This document shows, in pieces, positions 39,553 through 50,660 of a stretch of 64,000 bases of DNA. A model generated the notes under the pieces. It saw nothing but the letters and a program-made list of their open reading frames with translations. It ran no database searches and was not told the origin of the DNA. This stretch comes from Selaginella moellendorffii (lineage: Eukaryota; Plantae; Lycopodiophyta), in the NCBI RefSeq assembly GCF_000143415.4, contig NW_003314278.1, forward strand, positions 2,063,151-2,127,150, written 5' to 3'. Each line of letters opens with the position of its first letter. Positions within the stretch are counted from its first letter, which is position 1. A program made the position numbers and the translations under genes.

Positions 39553-41443
39553 TGTAAGGAACCGACTCCCCGAGATGTCGTAGGCTAAAGGATCCCCGAA
39601 AGCATGACCGAAATGACAAAGAGTTCATCGGATGGGACTGAGTTGAAGATTGAGTCCAAGACCGACTCTGAGACCGAGTTCAAGATAGAGTCCGGGATCG
39701 AGCCCAAGGCCAAATCGGAGACCAAGTTCGAGACCGAGTTCGAGACCGAGTTCGAGATAGAGTCCGAGATCAAAATCAAGTTCGAGACCGAGTTCGAGGT
39801 CGAGTCCGAGATCGGGTCCAAGATCGGGTCTGAGATCGAGTTCGAAATCGAGTCTGAGACCGAGTCCGAAGTCGGGTCCGAGATCGAGTTTGAGACTAAG
39901 TCCAAATACTAATACAGGTTAAGGGGTGAAAGCCCAAAGCGTGTGTCTCCCAAAGGGGGGGAAGGGGGGGGGGGGGGGGGGGGGGTTGGGGTCCCTTACG
40001 GGGGTCCCAAAATTATTTATGGGTTGTGGGGGCCCGGGACCCACCTTTGAGGGACTCTTTCGTGGGGCTTTCCAACTGACTTTAGGGTTGAAACCGGGGG
40101 CCAAGGGCCCTTGGGGGGGATGAACCTGGGGCTTTGGGGGGGTTTTAAGGGGCCCCCCGGGTAATGGTTTAAAGACGCTCCCCCTCCCCAAAAGGGAAAT
40201 GGATGGGGGGGCCCCCCCCTTAGGGGAGGGGGGGCCCCCAAATTGGGNNNNNNNNNNNNNNNNNNNNNNNNNNNNNNNNNNNNNNNNNNNNNNNNNNNNN
40301 NNNNNNNNNNNNNNNNNNNNNNNNNNNNNNNNNNNNNNNNNNNNNNNNNNNNNNNNNNNNNNNNNNNNNNNNNNNNNNNNNNNNNNNNNNNNNNNNNNNN
40401 NNNNNNNNNNNNNNNNNNNNNNNNNNNNNNNNNNNNNNNNNNNNNNNNNNNNNNNNNNNNNNNNNNNNNNNNNNNNNNNNNNNNNNNNNNNNNNNNNNNN
40501 NNNNNNNNNNNNNNNNNNNNNNNNNNNNNNNNNNNNNNNNNNNNNNNNNNNNNNNNNNNNNNNNNNNNNNNNNNNNNNNNNNNNNNNNNNNNNNNNNNNN
40601 NNNNNNNNNNNNNNNNNNNNNNNNNNNNNNNNNNNNNNNNNNNNNNNNNNNNNNNNNNNNNNNNNNNNNNNNNNNNNNNNNNNNNNNNNNNNNNNNNNNN
40701 NNNNNNNNNNNNNNNNNNNNNNNNNNNNNNNNNNNNNNNNNNNNTCTTGAAGGAACTCTTCAGTGGTGCTTCCAAACTGACTTGAGGTTGAGACTGGGGC
40801 CGAGGGGGCTTGGGTGGGAGTGAGCATGGGCTTGGGTGGTGCTAGAGGGGCCACCCAGGGAAGTGCTCAAGAGCAGCTCCCACTCCCGATAGGGAAACTG
40901 ACTGCAGTGCTCCCAGCTCAAGTGGAGTGGTGCCCCATACTTGAGTACCTTGTGGCTCATTGGTCCTCACTTTTCCTAGGGGTTTGGGCCTTCCCTTCGG
41001 GATGGAAGTGGGGGGGGGAGGGGGAGGAGTAGAGGTACCCATACCGAGCCGATAGGCCACGGTGTTTCACCCCGATGTCCCGAAGCAAGTGTTGCACCCA
41101 AGGCTTGGGATTTAGAGGGTCCCATGATCAAGTCTTGTTGTACCAAGGGGTGTTAAGAACCTAGAGGCTTGGTGTGTTTGGCTGCTTGTGCTTGCGGGGA
41201 GTGTAGCCGAACCTTAAGTCTAGTCTAACCCAGGGAGGGGGATTGGGAGAGATTGGGAATATGTGGATGGAAGGCTAACGCTTTGTTGCTCGTGCAGTGA
41301 GTAGCTGAAACCAAGCAGGACCAAGTAGGAGCTGGTACAATAGGTGAGAACCTAGGCGAGGGAACTTAGCACAAGCCAAGGTAGTGTTGGTCGGATAGAT
41401 GAGGTAAGCTGGCAAATTGGAAAGGAAAAATTTGTGGCTTACA
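39553..41443 (+). mobile_element. Family-B insertion (solo LTR or collapsed full element) spanning an assembly gap
   Basis: Begins TGTAAGG and ends GCTTACA; perfect TSD CTAAG (39548-39552, 41444-41448). Confidence 0.9.
40248..40744. other. Assembly gap (N run) preceded by low-quality, homopolymer-rich read end
   Basis: N characters; about 39955-40247 is a garbled version of family-B LTR sequence after the G-tract. Confidence 0.99.
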
Positions 41444-43956
41444 CTAAGGATGGAAAGGGTAATACATGTTGGTGTTACTTTATAAAAATGGTTTACAGTT
41501 CGATGAGGACATCGAACTTCGTCTATGGGTGGTGGAGTTGTGAGACACAAAATCCCTAGGCCCCAAAGTGGAGTTGAGAGGGTGCCACGTGGTAATGGCC
41601 GAAGCAAAAGCCAAACAAGCGTAACATGTTTGGACTAAAAGCTTCGACTTGAAAAGGTCAAGAGTGGGAGTGGAACTCCCAACGAAGTGCTCAAGGAACA
41701 AGCACGAGGCAAGCCATGAGTGAGTCTCCAGAAAAGGGGACACAAGAGGACCAAACCATGACATGTGAAAGTGTCTGAGATGGAGTCTGAGGTGGAGTCC
41801 GAGATGGAGTTTGAGGTGGAGTCCGAGATGGAGTCTAAGGTGGAATCCGAGGTGGAACCGAGATGGGCCCAAGATGGCCCCAAGATTGAGTCTAAGATGG
41901 ACCTGAGATGGAGTCCGAGATGGACCCGAGATGGACCCAAGATGGAGTCCAAGATGGACCTGAGATGAAGTCCGAGATGGACCCGAGATGGAGTTTGAGA
42001 TGGACCCGAGATGGAGTCCGAGATGGAGTCTGAGATAGACCCAAGGTGGAGTCTGAGATGGACCCGAAATGGAATCCGAGATGGACCCGAGATGGAGTCT
42101 GAGATAGACCCAAAATGGAATCCAAGATGGAGTCCGAAGTCAAGATCGAGACCAAGACCGAGACCGGGACCGAGACCGGGACCAAGACCGAGACTTGGAC
42201 CGAGACCGGGACCAAGACCGAGACTTGGACCGAGACCGAGCCCAAGCCCGAGTCCAAGTCCGAGTCCGAGTTCGAGTTTGAGTTCGAGTCCGAGTTCAAG
42301 TCTGAGAGGGTGAAAGCCCAAAGCGTTCGTCTCCCAGACCCTGGGGGGTTTGGTGAGCTCCAAAAGTATAGTAGGGGGAGGACTGCAATAGAGCCAGTTT
42401 GGCCAGGAAAGGCCAGTTTGGCCCAGGAAGGCTGTACCCAGTGTTGGGTGATGAGCTGCCCATTGGGAAGTCCAAGACTAAAGTGAACACGGACCGACAA
42501 GCGGGGTAGCTTAGTGAAGTGTTCAAGAGCTGACTCTAGTTCCTCTGGGAGATCGACTAGCCGATGCTCCCAGTCCAAGTGTGGGTGGCACTACCTACTT
42601 GGATACCTAGCGTGGCTCAACAGAACCTCGCTTTAAGCCCATGGCTAGAGCACCCAAAGGTAGAAAGCAGAGAGAGTACCCACGAGGCTTGCGTAAGGCC
42701 GCAGTGTTCCGAAATGTTGCCCCAAAGTCCCAGACTATGAAAAGGAGGAGGAGTCATCCTCTAGTGTAGAGACGAAGGATACAGTCATGTGAGGAGGTAG
42801 TCCCAGAGGACTGAGGGACTTAGTGGTCGGGCTTGTGGGCCTTGATCCAGTGGCAGTGTTAGTGAACATGGCCATGGACAAAAAGGGACTTGGTGGGGAC
42901 TGAAAAAGGGATATTGGGGAAGGCTAATCCCCATGTCTATGGGCATCCTAAGAATGCTAAGGAGTGGATTGGGGATGATCACTCATGGATGGATGGCCCA
43001 GTCTTTGAGAGATAGGACTGTGATGTAGATGGTGTTAGACCACGCATGTGACCAAGGTGAAGGGGCATGGCCTTAGTGTAATATGTCGATGGTACTTTGG
43101 GGTGTTGGTCATGGGATCAGACACATGGAGCACTTGGACCCAGTGCAAAGGTTGAGTGGCAGGGATGCCATTCTCGGGACTAGCAAGCCCAAGTCCAAAT
43201 TAGGACCTATGGAGGTTGTGAGTGAGACTCCTCCAAGTGGTCAGAGGTGTGGTTAAGTGATTAAAGTAGAATGGAAAAATTAGTCGCTTACATAATTCTA
43301 GCATACAGAAATGTGAGAATATTAATTTTGTTTCACTACCACAATCTCTATATTACACGTCTAGTCCTTATTACCCATCCGGGAATGTGGAAACCACTAT
43401 CATTATTGATAAAAATGTTCTTGTTACTTCTGAAACAATAATCCAAAGCAAGAGAAAAGAAGAAATGAACAGCACAATGGAAAGCACTAATAAATCCACT
43501 CTATAAACCTTTCAATAGCTTTTATAATCCATTAAATATTATTAAAAAATATAAGTTTTTTATATATATCTTATTTCTTTTGATATATTTTGTCTTTGCA
43601 AAGAGTATAAGTATATATGATATGGACAAATCAAAGAGTTAAATCTATATATGATTTTGGGATTGAAAGGTAATCTTGCAAAAAGGCATATTTGTGTGCC
43701 TGTATGCATTTGCCATTATTATATATGGCAGGCCAGCTATATAAAATAAGGCTATATATTAATTATGTGCTAGTTTTTAGCTTTTGAAACCCTATAGCCA
43801 CTTGTCTCTCATAGTAGGTTGTAATTACTAAGATTGACAATTATGATTCAATATATTGTCATGTTATAATAAAACATCATTCCCAAGATTGAAATATAGT
43901 ATATTAATTAGAGAATTTTTATTGCTAGGAAGTTTAATTCTTCTTGTGTGTTGCAA

Positions 43957-44504
43957 TGGTTAGAAAGAAGTTTAACTTTGGTCCCAAAAGCATTTCATAT
44001 GAGTCTCCACCTCCATCTCCAATCTCAACTAATAATCCACCTTCACCTCTACATAACAATCTTTCTTTTCATTTTGAGGGTTGTTGTGAGGTTCTTTCAT
44101 TTGCGACCTTGAGTGCAACTGAACAAGAATTCCTTCCTTATAATGTTGTTAAAAGAGTTGGATTGCCTCCAATGCTCCAAGAGTGATGTCAATATTTTCT
44201 TCAAGATCTTGCTCCAGATATGGCAGGAGAGCTTAATGTAGATATATATTATTTTCAATATCCTATATGCAACTTTTATTTAAACAAGACAAATAGTTGT
44301 ATGGGTTTGGTAAATTTTATTGAAAATTGTCGCAAATGCCCAAGAGCGGGTTTGGAAGGTTTACACGTGTGGATGTATAAGAAAATCAAAAAAGAATTAA
44401 AAACACACAACTATTATGATTTCATGGTGGAGAACAATATTCCATTAGTGAACACTACATTAGTAAGTGCTAAATATGGGATATTAGGCCACCCTTTAAT
44501 GTAA
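43957..44504 (+). pseudogene. Tandem paralog of the small Cys/His-motif gene, with one premature stop
   Basis: Colinear with 44767-45315; CGA>TGA at 44184-44186. Confidence 0.8.
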
Positions 44505-44766
44505 TGTGAAAGTCATACATAGTTTTTTCAAAAGTTTAATTCTTTATGAGTAAAGTGGAGAATTTTATATTTTTGAGAATGATAGTATTTTAGCATATAT
44601 AAAGATATTATTATATATACAAGTGGTTCTGACACTGTTATAATTCTGAAGTTCCATTTTTGAGACTGACAATTTAAACTTTCAAGAACCCTTAGATCTT
44701 TTCTTAGTATAAATACTGACAAAAGATGCTTTCAACATTGAAATTTCAGTTATTTAGAGTATAGGA

Positions 44767-45315
44767 ATGGCTAGGGAAAATGCTATTGCAACTTGCATTT
44801 GGCCCCCATGCATTTCATATAAGTCTCCACTTCCGTCTCCAACTTATACCAACATTCCACCCTTCCTTCCACACAATAATCGTTGTGAGGCTTTTCCTTT
44901 TGTAGCCCCAAGTGTGACTGAACAAGAGATCCCTCTTCCAGATAATGTTTTAGATGTTGCTACTAAAGATGGATTGCCTCATATGCTTCAAGAGCGATGC
45001 CAAATGCTTCTTCAAGATCTTGCTCCAGATATGGCTGAAACTTTTGAAAGAATAAACACATATTATCTCCAATGTCCCATCTGCTATTTTTATTTAGATA
45101 AAACAGAAGGCTGTATAGGTCTAGAAACTTTTCTAGAACATTGTCACAATTGCCTAAGAACTAGTGTGGAAGATGTGCATAAATGGATGTATAAGAAAAT
45201 TAAGAAAGAGTTAAGAAAACACAACCATTATCATTTCATGGTGAGGAACAATATTCCATTAGTAAATACTATATTCACAAGTACTGAATATGGTACTTTG
45301 AGGCCATCCTACTGA
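44767..45315 (+). CDS. 182-aa protein of unknown function with Pro-rich N-terminus and CPIC..HCHNC putative zinc-binding motif
   Basis: Intact ORF in AT-rich DNA with two diverged paralogs in the window that conserve the protein pattern. Confidence 0.65.
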   Translation: MARENAIATCIWPPCISYKSPLPSPTYTNIPPFLPHNNRCEAFPFVAPSVTEQEIPLPDNVLDVATKDGLPHMLQERCQMLLQDLAPDMAETFERINTYYLQCPICYFYLDKTEGCIGLETFLEHCHNCLRTSVEDVHKWMYKKIKKELRKHNHYHFMVRNNIPLVNTIFTSTEYGTLRPSY

Positions 45316-45789
45316 AAATTCTAGGTACTAATAATTCTTACACTATGATATTATCCATCTCCCCCCACCCCCCTCTCGCCTTTTTTTTTATTAACAAAAT
45401 TGTATTACCTATAGATAATAAACTCATAATACTAGTAATTATGAAATTTGATAGACTAACACTGTAACTCTATCATCTTTGACACTGACACTGTCTCTAT
45501 CACTGACACTATCACTATCACTATCTACTGCACTGACACTGTCACTGTCACAATCATTATCACATTGACATGTAACACATCTTTCTCATTGTAAGTGGAT
45601 ATATTCAATTGTCTTTTAATGTATCATTAATAAATAGATTTTTCATACCACTCCTCAATTTACACATTGCATATGATGTGCCATACATACCTAGGAAGAC
45701 TTCTAGAAAATTAAATATATATTGTATATAAGTTTATAAAACATCATAAATTACCTCCTAGAAGAAACTGATAGAGAAGGATAAAAACC

Positions 45790-48700
45790 TCTAAGATGGT
45801 GTTTGAAGAACTCATATTCTTCAATCGCAAACACCGATCTACCAGAGTCACATGCTGCTTCGACTATCGAACATTACCTACTATGCAATCGATGACAACA
45901 CCCCTAGTTGGGCAATAAAGCTCAAATAGGACATGCATTGCTGATGGAGATCGAAACTGATACCCAGACAATGTGTTGTAGATGTCATCATTTACGAGAT
46001 TTGGTATGATGTCAGCAAAAGCTATCATACCTTGGCAAAACCCTTGCAGCATGCTCACTATCACAAAAACCATCATTTTCTCTTATGTAGAACACATGGT
46101 AGGTCCACATCATGATCTGAATAATAAAACTTTAGAGACAACCAAAACAGAAGATGATTTCTTACCTTCTCTGGCATGCCTAGGATGCCTTTGGTCTCAA
46201 CCCCAACACTATCTATGATGCACTCGAAAGAGAACCTCTTGAAGTTGACTTGAGTTGCATACTTCATAAGGCAAGACATCCAATGGGGGTCATTTGGGAG
46301 AATGAAGGCAACTTGATCGGTTGTGTGAAGGAGAATTGCTGCCAAAAGGAATGCATCCTTCAAGTGGTTTTTAGTCAGATTGTTCTAACTTGGGACATCA
46401 CCATTAGCGTCTGGAAGACCATCTAGCATGTCAAAGAGCATGAAATTTGTGCTCTTGAGTGGTCACCTATAGATCTTTTGACAAAAGTGCTCCCACTTTT
46501 GCCAGATAGCCATATTCTCAGCATCCTCCTCAAAAGATGCCATCAATGAACTGTAGGAGCTAATAAAGATCCCAACTTCACCACGGAATGCCGTTGGAGA
46601 AATAGGGCGAATCTAGGGGGAGAAGACAAAGATAAGATGTGAACTTAAGAAAAATTTATATATTGTCATGTGGCGTGTGGTAAATGTAAGTTCCTCCAGA
46701 TCCTCTTTATGGGCATCAAGACGAGCTGGAATGAAGTTACTCTTGACAGCTTTTGTTGCAACCATTTTGAGGAACTAAGAAAAGGAGAGAATTAAGAGAA
46801 ATATACCTCAAGAAATTTCTTGGTTATGGGGATGTCTTGGACAATCATCATCACTATTGATTAATTCCTCCAGATGTGGATTTGCACGCTTTCATCAAGG
46901 TAGAACTTCTTAGACATTCTGGTTCTCTTGCTTGACTTCGTCTCGAGGAATTTCTTGCAAGTTGTTCTCACCGCCATTTTCACTCTCCTCGCCATTGGCA
47001 CCAACAGTGTCAACATTCTCGTGGCCATCATCTTCGTCATCCGGGACATCTTTATTATTGCCTCTTGCAGCCTCTCAGTGGGTTGGTGCATAATCTAGCA
47101 TCTCCAATTCCCAAGGACAAGCTTGTTTTGTTACTACTGGAAACTTCATTATTGTCGGGTACATGCCTCCATCTCTCACACCATGCCTCAGAAGTCATTT
47201 GCATACCGGTATTTTGAGAGGAACACCTCTATATTGGAGATACCTATGATAAAAGATAAACAAATTGAGTATAGTTGAGAAATTGTATATTACTTGAAAG
47301 CTGCTCACTGCATGAAGTAAGGTTGGCCAAGTTGTTTATCAAATGGAGTCGTGTTTATGGCCTTTTTTGGCAGCCAGTCCTCTCCGAGTTTTGTAAGCTC
47401 AGTGGTGACAAAATCCTTGAATGGAAGTTGCTTAGGATCATCCCCTATGAAAGGCACTAGAAACATCTCCCCTTCATATATAGTTTGTGAAATGTAGATG
47501 GTCCTCTTCATCACAGTCTCCATCATACTGTCCAAACCTTTTTCTCCTTCCCTGAGTCTGCTATTGAGGTCGTTCAAAATGTGTATCTGTTCCTCATATA
47601 TAAGTTTCGACTTTGAGATGTTGTAAATAATCTCATCTGGAGTCTTGCCCACTTAAGAAATAACTTTTTGTGAGTAACCTTCATGTAAATGCAAATAATA
47701 TTTACTTTCATGACAAGCAATCTTTGTTATGATATCGAACCACTCCTTTGGGCGTCGAGAGTCAGCCATATTAAGTAATTTCCTTACCTTTGTCTTCTTT
47801 GTGATGTTGATTTTCTTGTCAATTGCAGCTAAATGCTCCGAGAGTTCTTGATCATTTTCAGCTCGATGCGATTGTGCATATGCATCTTGCTTAACCTTCA
47901 CCAATGGCTGAAGATAACACAAACATTCTATGATAAAAAGTATACTTGGAAGAACATACCTTACTCCACACAGCTATCATAAAAGCCATTGGATTCTTGT
48001 ACTATCTATTGGCATCTTGACGACCTTGTTGATGCCAAATAAGTGATGCTAAATCATCACCATAATGGCTGCAGACTGCATCCTTGTCGAGATTAGCAAG
48101 AAACCAGATTTACTCGATATCATGTACTAGGCTATGTTTTTGCACTACAAACTGTCCCAACCTGGAAGACACAAATTGTTAAAAGTGATTGAAGAGGGAG
48201 AGGTACTTACGCATTAATTTTGTGGTAAGTTATCACAAGCCTTGCCACATCTAAAGATCCTCTCGCATATACATGTCCAACTAAAACATTGATGTGATAG
48301 ACAGAATCGTCTCAAAAGCATTCATTGATGCACTTCATCCATGCACACTAATGATGATTCTCGTCCATAATGTAGAACATTTTCCCCACAAATTGTTGAG
48401 TCTCAAGATGACTCATAAGCATGTTGTCAAATTCGCGGGACTTCATTTTCCAAATGTCATCCCAAACCCTCTCGATTTCTAGTGACATCGAGAGGGTATT
48501 TGTCATTCCTGGCTTGAAGACCGAAACAAGGAACATACCTATGTTTGTTCCAAGGCCATTTTGTTTGTACAGACAGTTTGTAGTGTTTTTGCACTACAAA
48601 CTGTCCCAACCTGGAAGACACAAATTGTTAAAAGTGATTGAAGAGGGAGAGGTACTTACGCATTAATTTTGTGGTAAGTTATCACAAGCCTTGCCACATC

Positions 48701-49760
48701 TAAAGATCCTCTCGTGTATACATGTCCAACTAAAACATTGATGTGATAGACAGAATCGTCTCGAAAGCATTCATTGATGCACTTCATCCATGCACACTAA
48801 TGATGATTCCCGTCCATAGTGTAGAACATTTTCCCCACAAATTGTTGAGTCTCAAGATGACTCATAAGCATGTTGTCAAATTCACGGGACTTCATTTTCC
48901 AAATGTCATCCCAAACCCTCTCGATTTCTAGTGACATCGAGAGGGTATTTGTCATTCCTGGCTTGAAGACCAAAACAAGGAACATACCTATGTTTGTTCC
49001 AAGGCCATTCTGTTTGTACAGACTATAGATGTCCATGTTGACGAAGTGCGGTGAAGTAGACCAAATGATGCTTGTTTGAGTGAATGGACATAGTGGGATT
49101 TCTTGAATCATGTCTCTTAGGCCTTCCCACTTGAGAGACTCCAGAGTCGTGTGAATGGCCTTCTCTTTAGTTCTCAAAACTGTCTCTTGGAAGCGCTTGT
49201 TTACAATGTGTTCAAGTAGCTCCACTTCTCTTTCAGCTTTAGCCACACCTCCAGTAACACCATTTTCAACTCTAGCCCCCAGCTAGGGCCCAACACCCTA
49301 GTTAGGCGCACTTGGGCACTGCCCCGTAATGTAGCTAGTTTCTGCCATATTTTGCGAATATGTTAAGAGTAATGGCATTTGTGGTTTTGGCAGCAATGGT
49401 AGTGATGACAATGGTTGCAATGGTGTTGCTGGTGGTGATGATGGTGGCAATGGTGGTGGTAATAATGGCGATGATGGCAGTGGTGGTAATGGTGGTGATG
49501 ACAGTGGTGGTAATAGTGGTGATGACGGTGGTGTTAATGGTGGTGATGAAGGTAGAGGTGGCAATAGTGGTGAAGGTGGTGGTGGTGGTAATGGTGGTGG
49601 TGGCATTGATGGCGGTGGTGGCAAAAATGGGGGTGTATATAGACTGGAGCTATTTGGTTGCGAAGACGGCAGAGTTGTCGCTATGGAAATCTCTATTTGA
49701 ATATCAACTTGATTGTCGTCCTAGATCTCATTTTCTCATGTCTTCTCTTTGATCCAACAT
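45790..49760 (-). pseudogene. Multi-exon pseudogene: polyproline tract, ParB-like domain, charged linker, beta-class N6A/N4C DNA methyltransferase-like fold
   Basis: FYTMDGNH(H)*CAW resembles ParB DGNHR; FMLFDMLDGLP sits at the motif IV position; RSPSAMHVLFELYCPTRGVVIDCIVGN/SIVEAACDSGRSVFAIEEYEFF matches the motif X-I-II pattern. Stops, frameshifts and an internal duplication are present; boundaries approximate. Confidence 0.7.
48135..49023. repeat. 440-bp tandem duplication (48135-48574, 48584-49023) with 9-nt filler
   Basis: Near-identical copies at offset 449. Confidence 0.95.
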
Positions 49761-49849
49761 CCTTCTCCTTTGTAGTTGTTTCCGTTTCTGAAAATAAAAA
49801 AAACTCATTAATAATTGAAAATGCATAAGAAGTAAAAATGCATAAGAAG

Positions 49850-50660
49850 CGGGGACTTTGGGGCAGGGACTTGGTGCAGGTATTGGTTCACCGGTGACCG
49901 GCCCGCCCCAAGCGCCTTGGCTGGCCCGCATGGAGTGCCCAGCCTGGGCACTTGGCACAAGGACTTGGTGTGGGTGCTGGTTTCCCGGTGTACCGGCCAG
50001 TGCCAAAGTGCCATGGCCGGCCCACGCCAAGTGCCTAGCCTAGGCACTTGGACTTGGCGCTTGGGGGCGGGATGGTTCGCCGGCACACCAGCCCGCACGC
50101 CAAGTCCAAGTGCCCACGTGGAGTGCCCAGCTTGGGCACTTGGTGTGGAGAATTGGTATAGGCACCAATTCGCTGGTGTACCGGCCCGCCCCCAAGTGCC
50201 TTGGTCGGCCCGCACAGAGTGCCCAGGCCGGGCACCCCTGTTGGGACTTGGCGCGGGTGCCAGTTCGCTGGTGTACCAGCCCGCCCCCAAGTGCCTTGGC
50301 TGGCCCGCGCGGAGTGCCCAGCCCGGGCACTTGGCGCGGGGACTTGGCGCGGGTGCTAGTTTGCTGGCGTACTAGCCCACTCCCAAGCACCTTGGCTGGC
50401 CCATACTAAGTGCCCGGTCTAGGCACTTGGCGCGGGTGCCGGTTCGCCAGCGTACCGGCCCGCCACGGCCAGCCTGGGCGAAGTCCCCGGCCAAATGCCT
50501 GGCCTGGGCACTTGGCAGTGGCAGTGCTGGGCATGGCAGCGGCATGGCACTGGGCGTGGTGTGGTATAGGCACAGCAGCACTGGGTGTGGCGTGGGCGTG
50601 GCAGTGCTGGGTGCGGTGTGGGCACGGCGGCATTGGGTGTGGCATGGGAGTGGAGGAGAG
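49850..50660. repeat. GC-rich tandem array of about 94-96 bp units with internal hairpin GTGCCCAG.C(C/T)GGGCAC
   Basis: ggacttgg unit starts recur at 49867, 49961, 50244 and 50340; about 6-7 degenerate units. Confidence 0.85.

Larger units (their letters stand above)
17280..43292 (+). mobile_element. Family-A triple-LTR complex: LTR1 17280-33453 (split by two insertions), mini-internal 33454-33834, LTR2 33835-35607, internal 35608-41538, LTR3 41539-43292
   Basis: Perfect 5-bp TSD TAATT at 17275-17279 and 43293-43297; PBS after LTR1 (33457) and LTR2 (35611); PPT before LTR2 and LTR3. Confidence 0.92.

Noticed and set aside
39919-40854. Long ORFs crossing the N run
   Set aside because: Artefacts of the gap and low-quality sequence.
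7-42578. Many ORFs with MESEMESE, SPRWSPRW or LGLHLG repeats
   Set aside because: They are translations of the stop-poor LTR minisatellite in several frames and on both strands, not genes.
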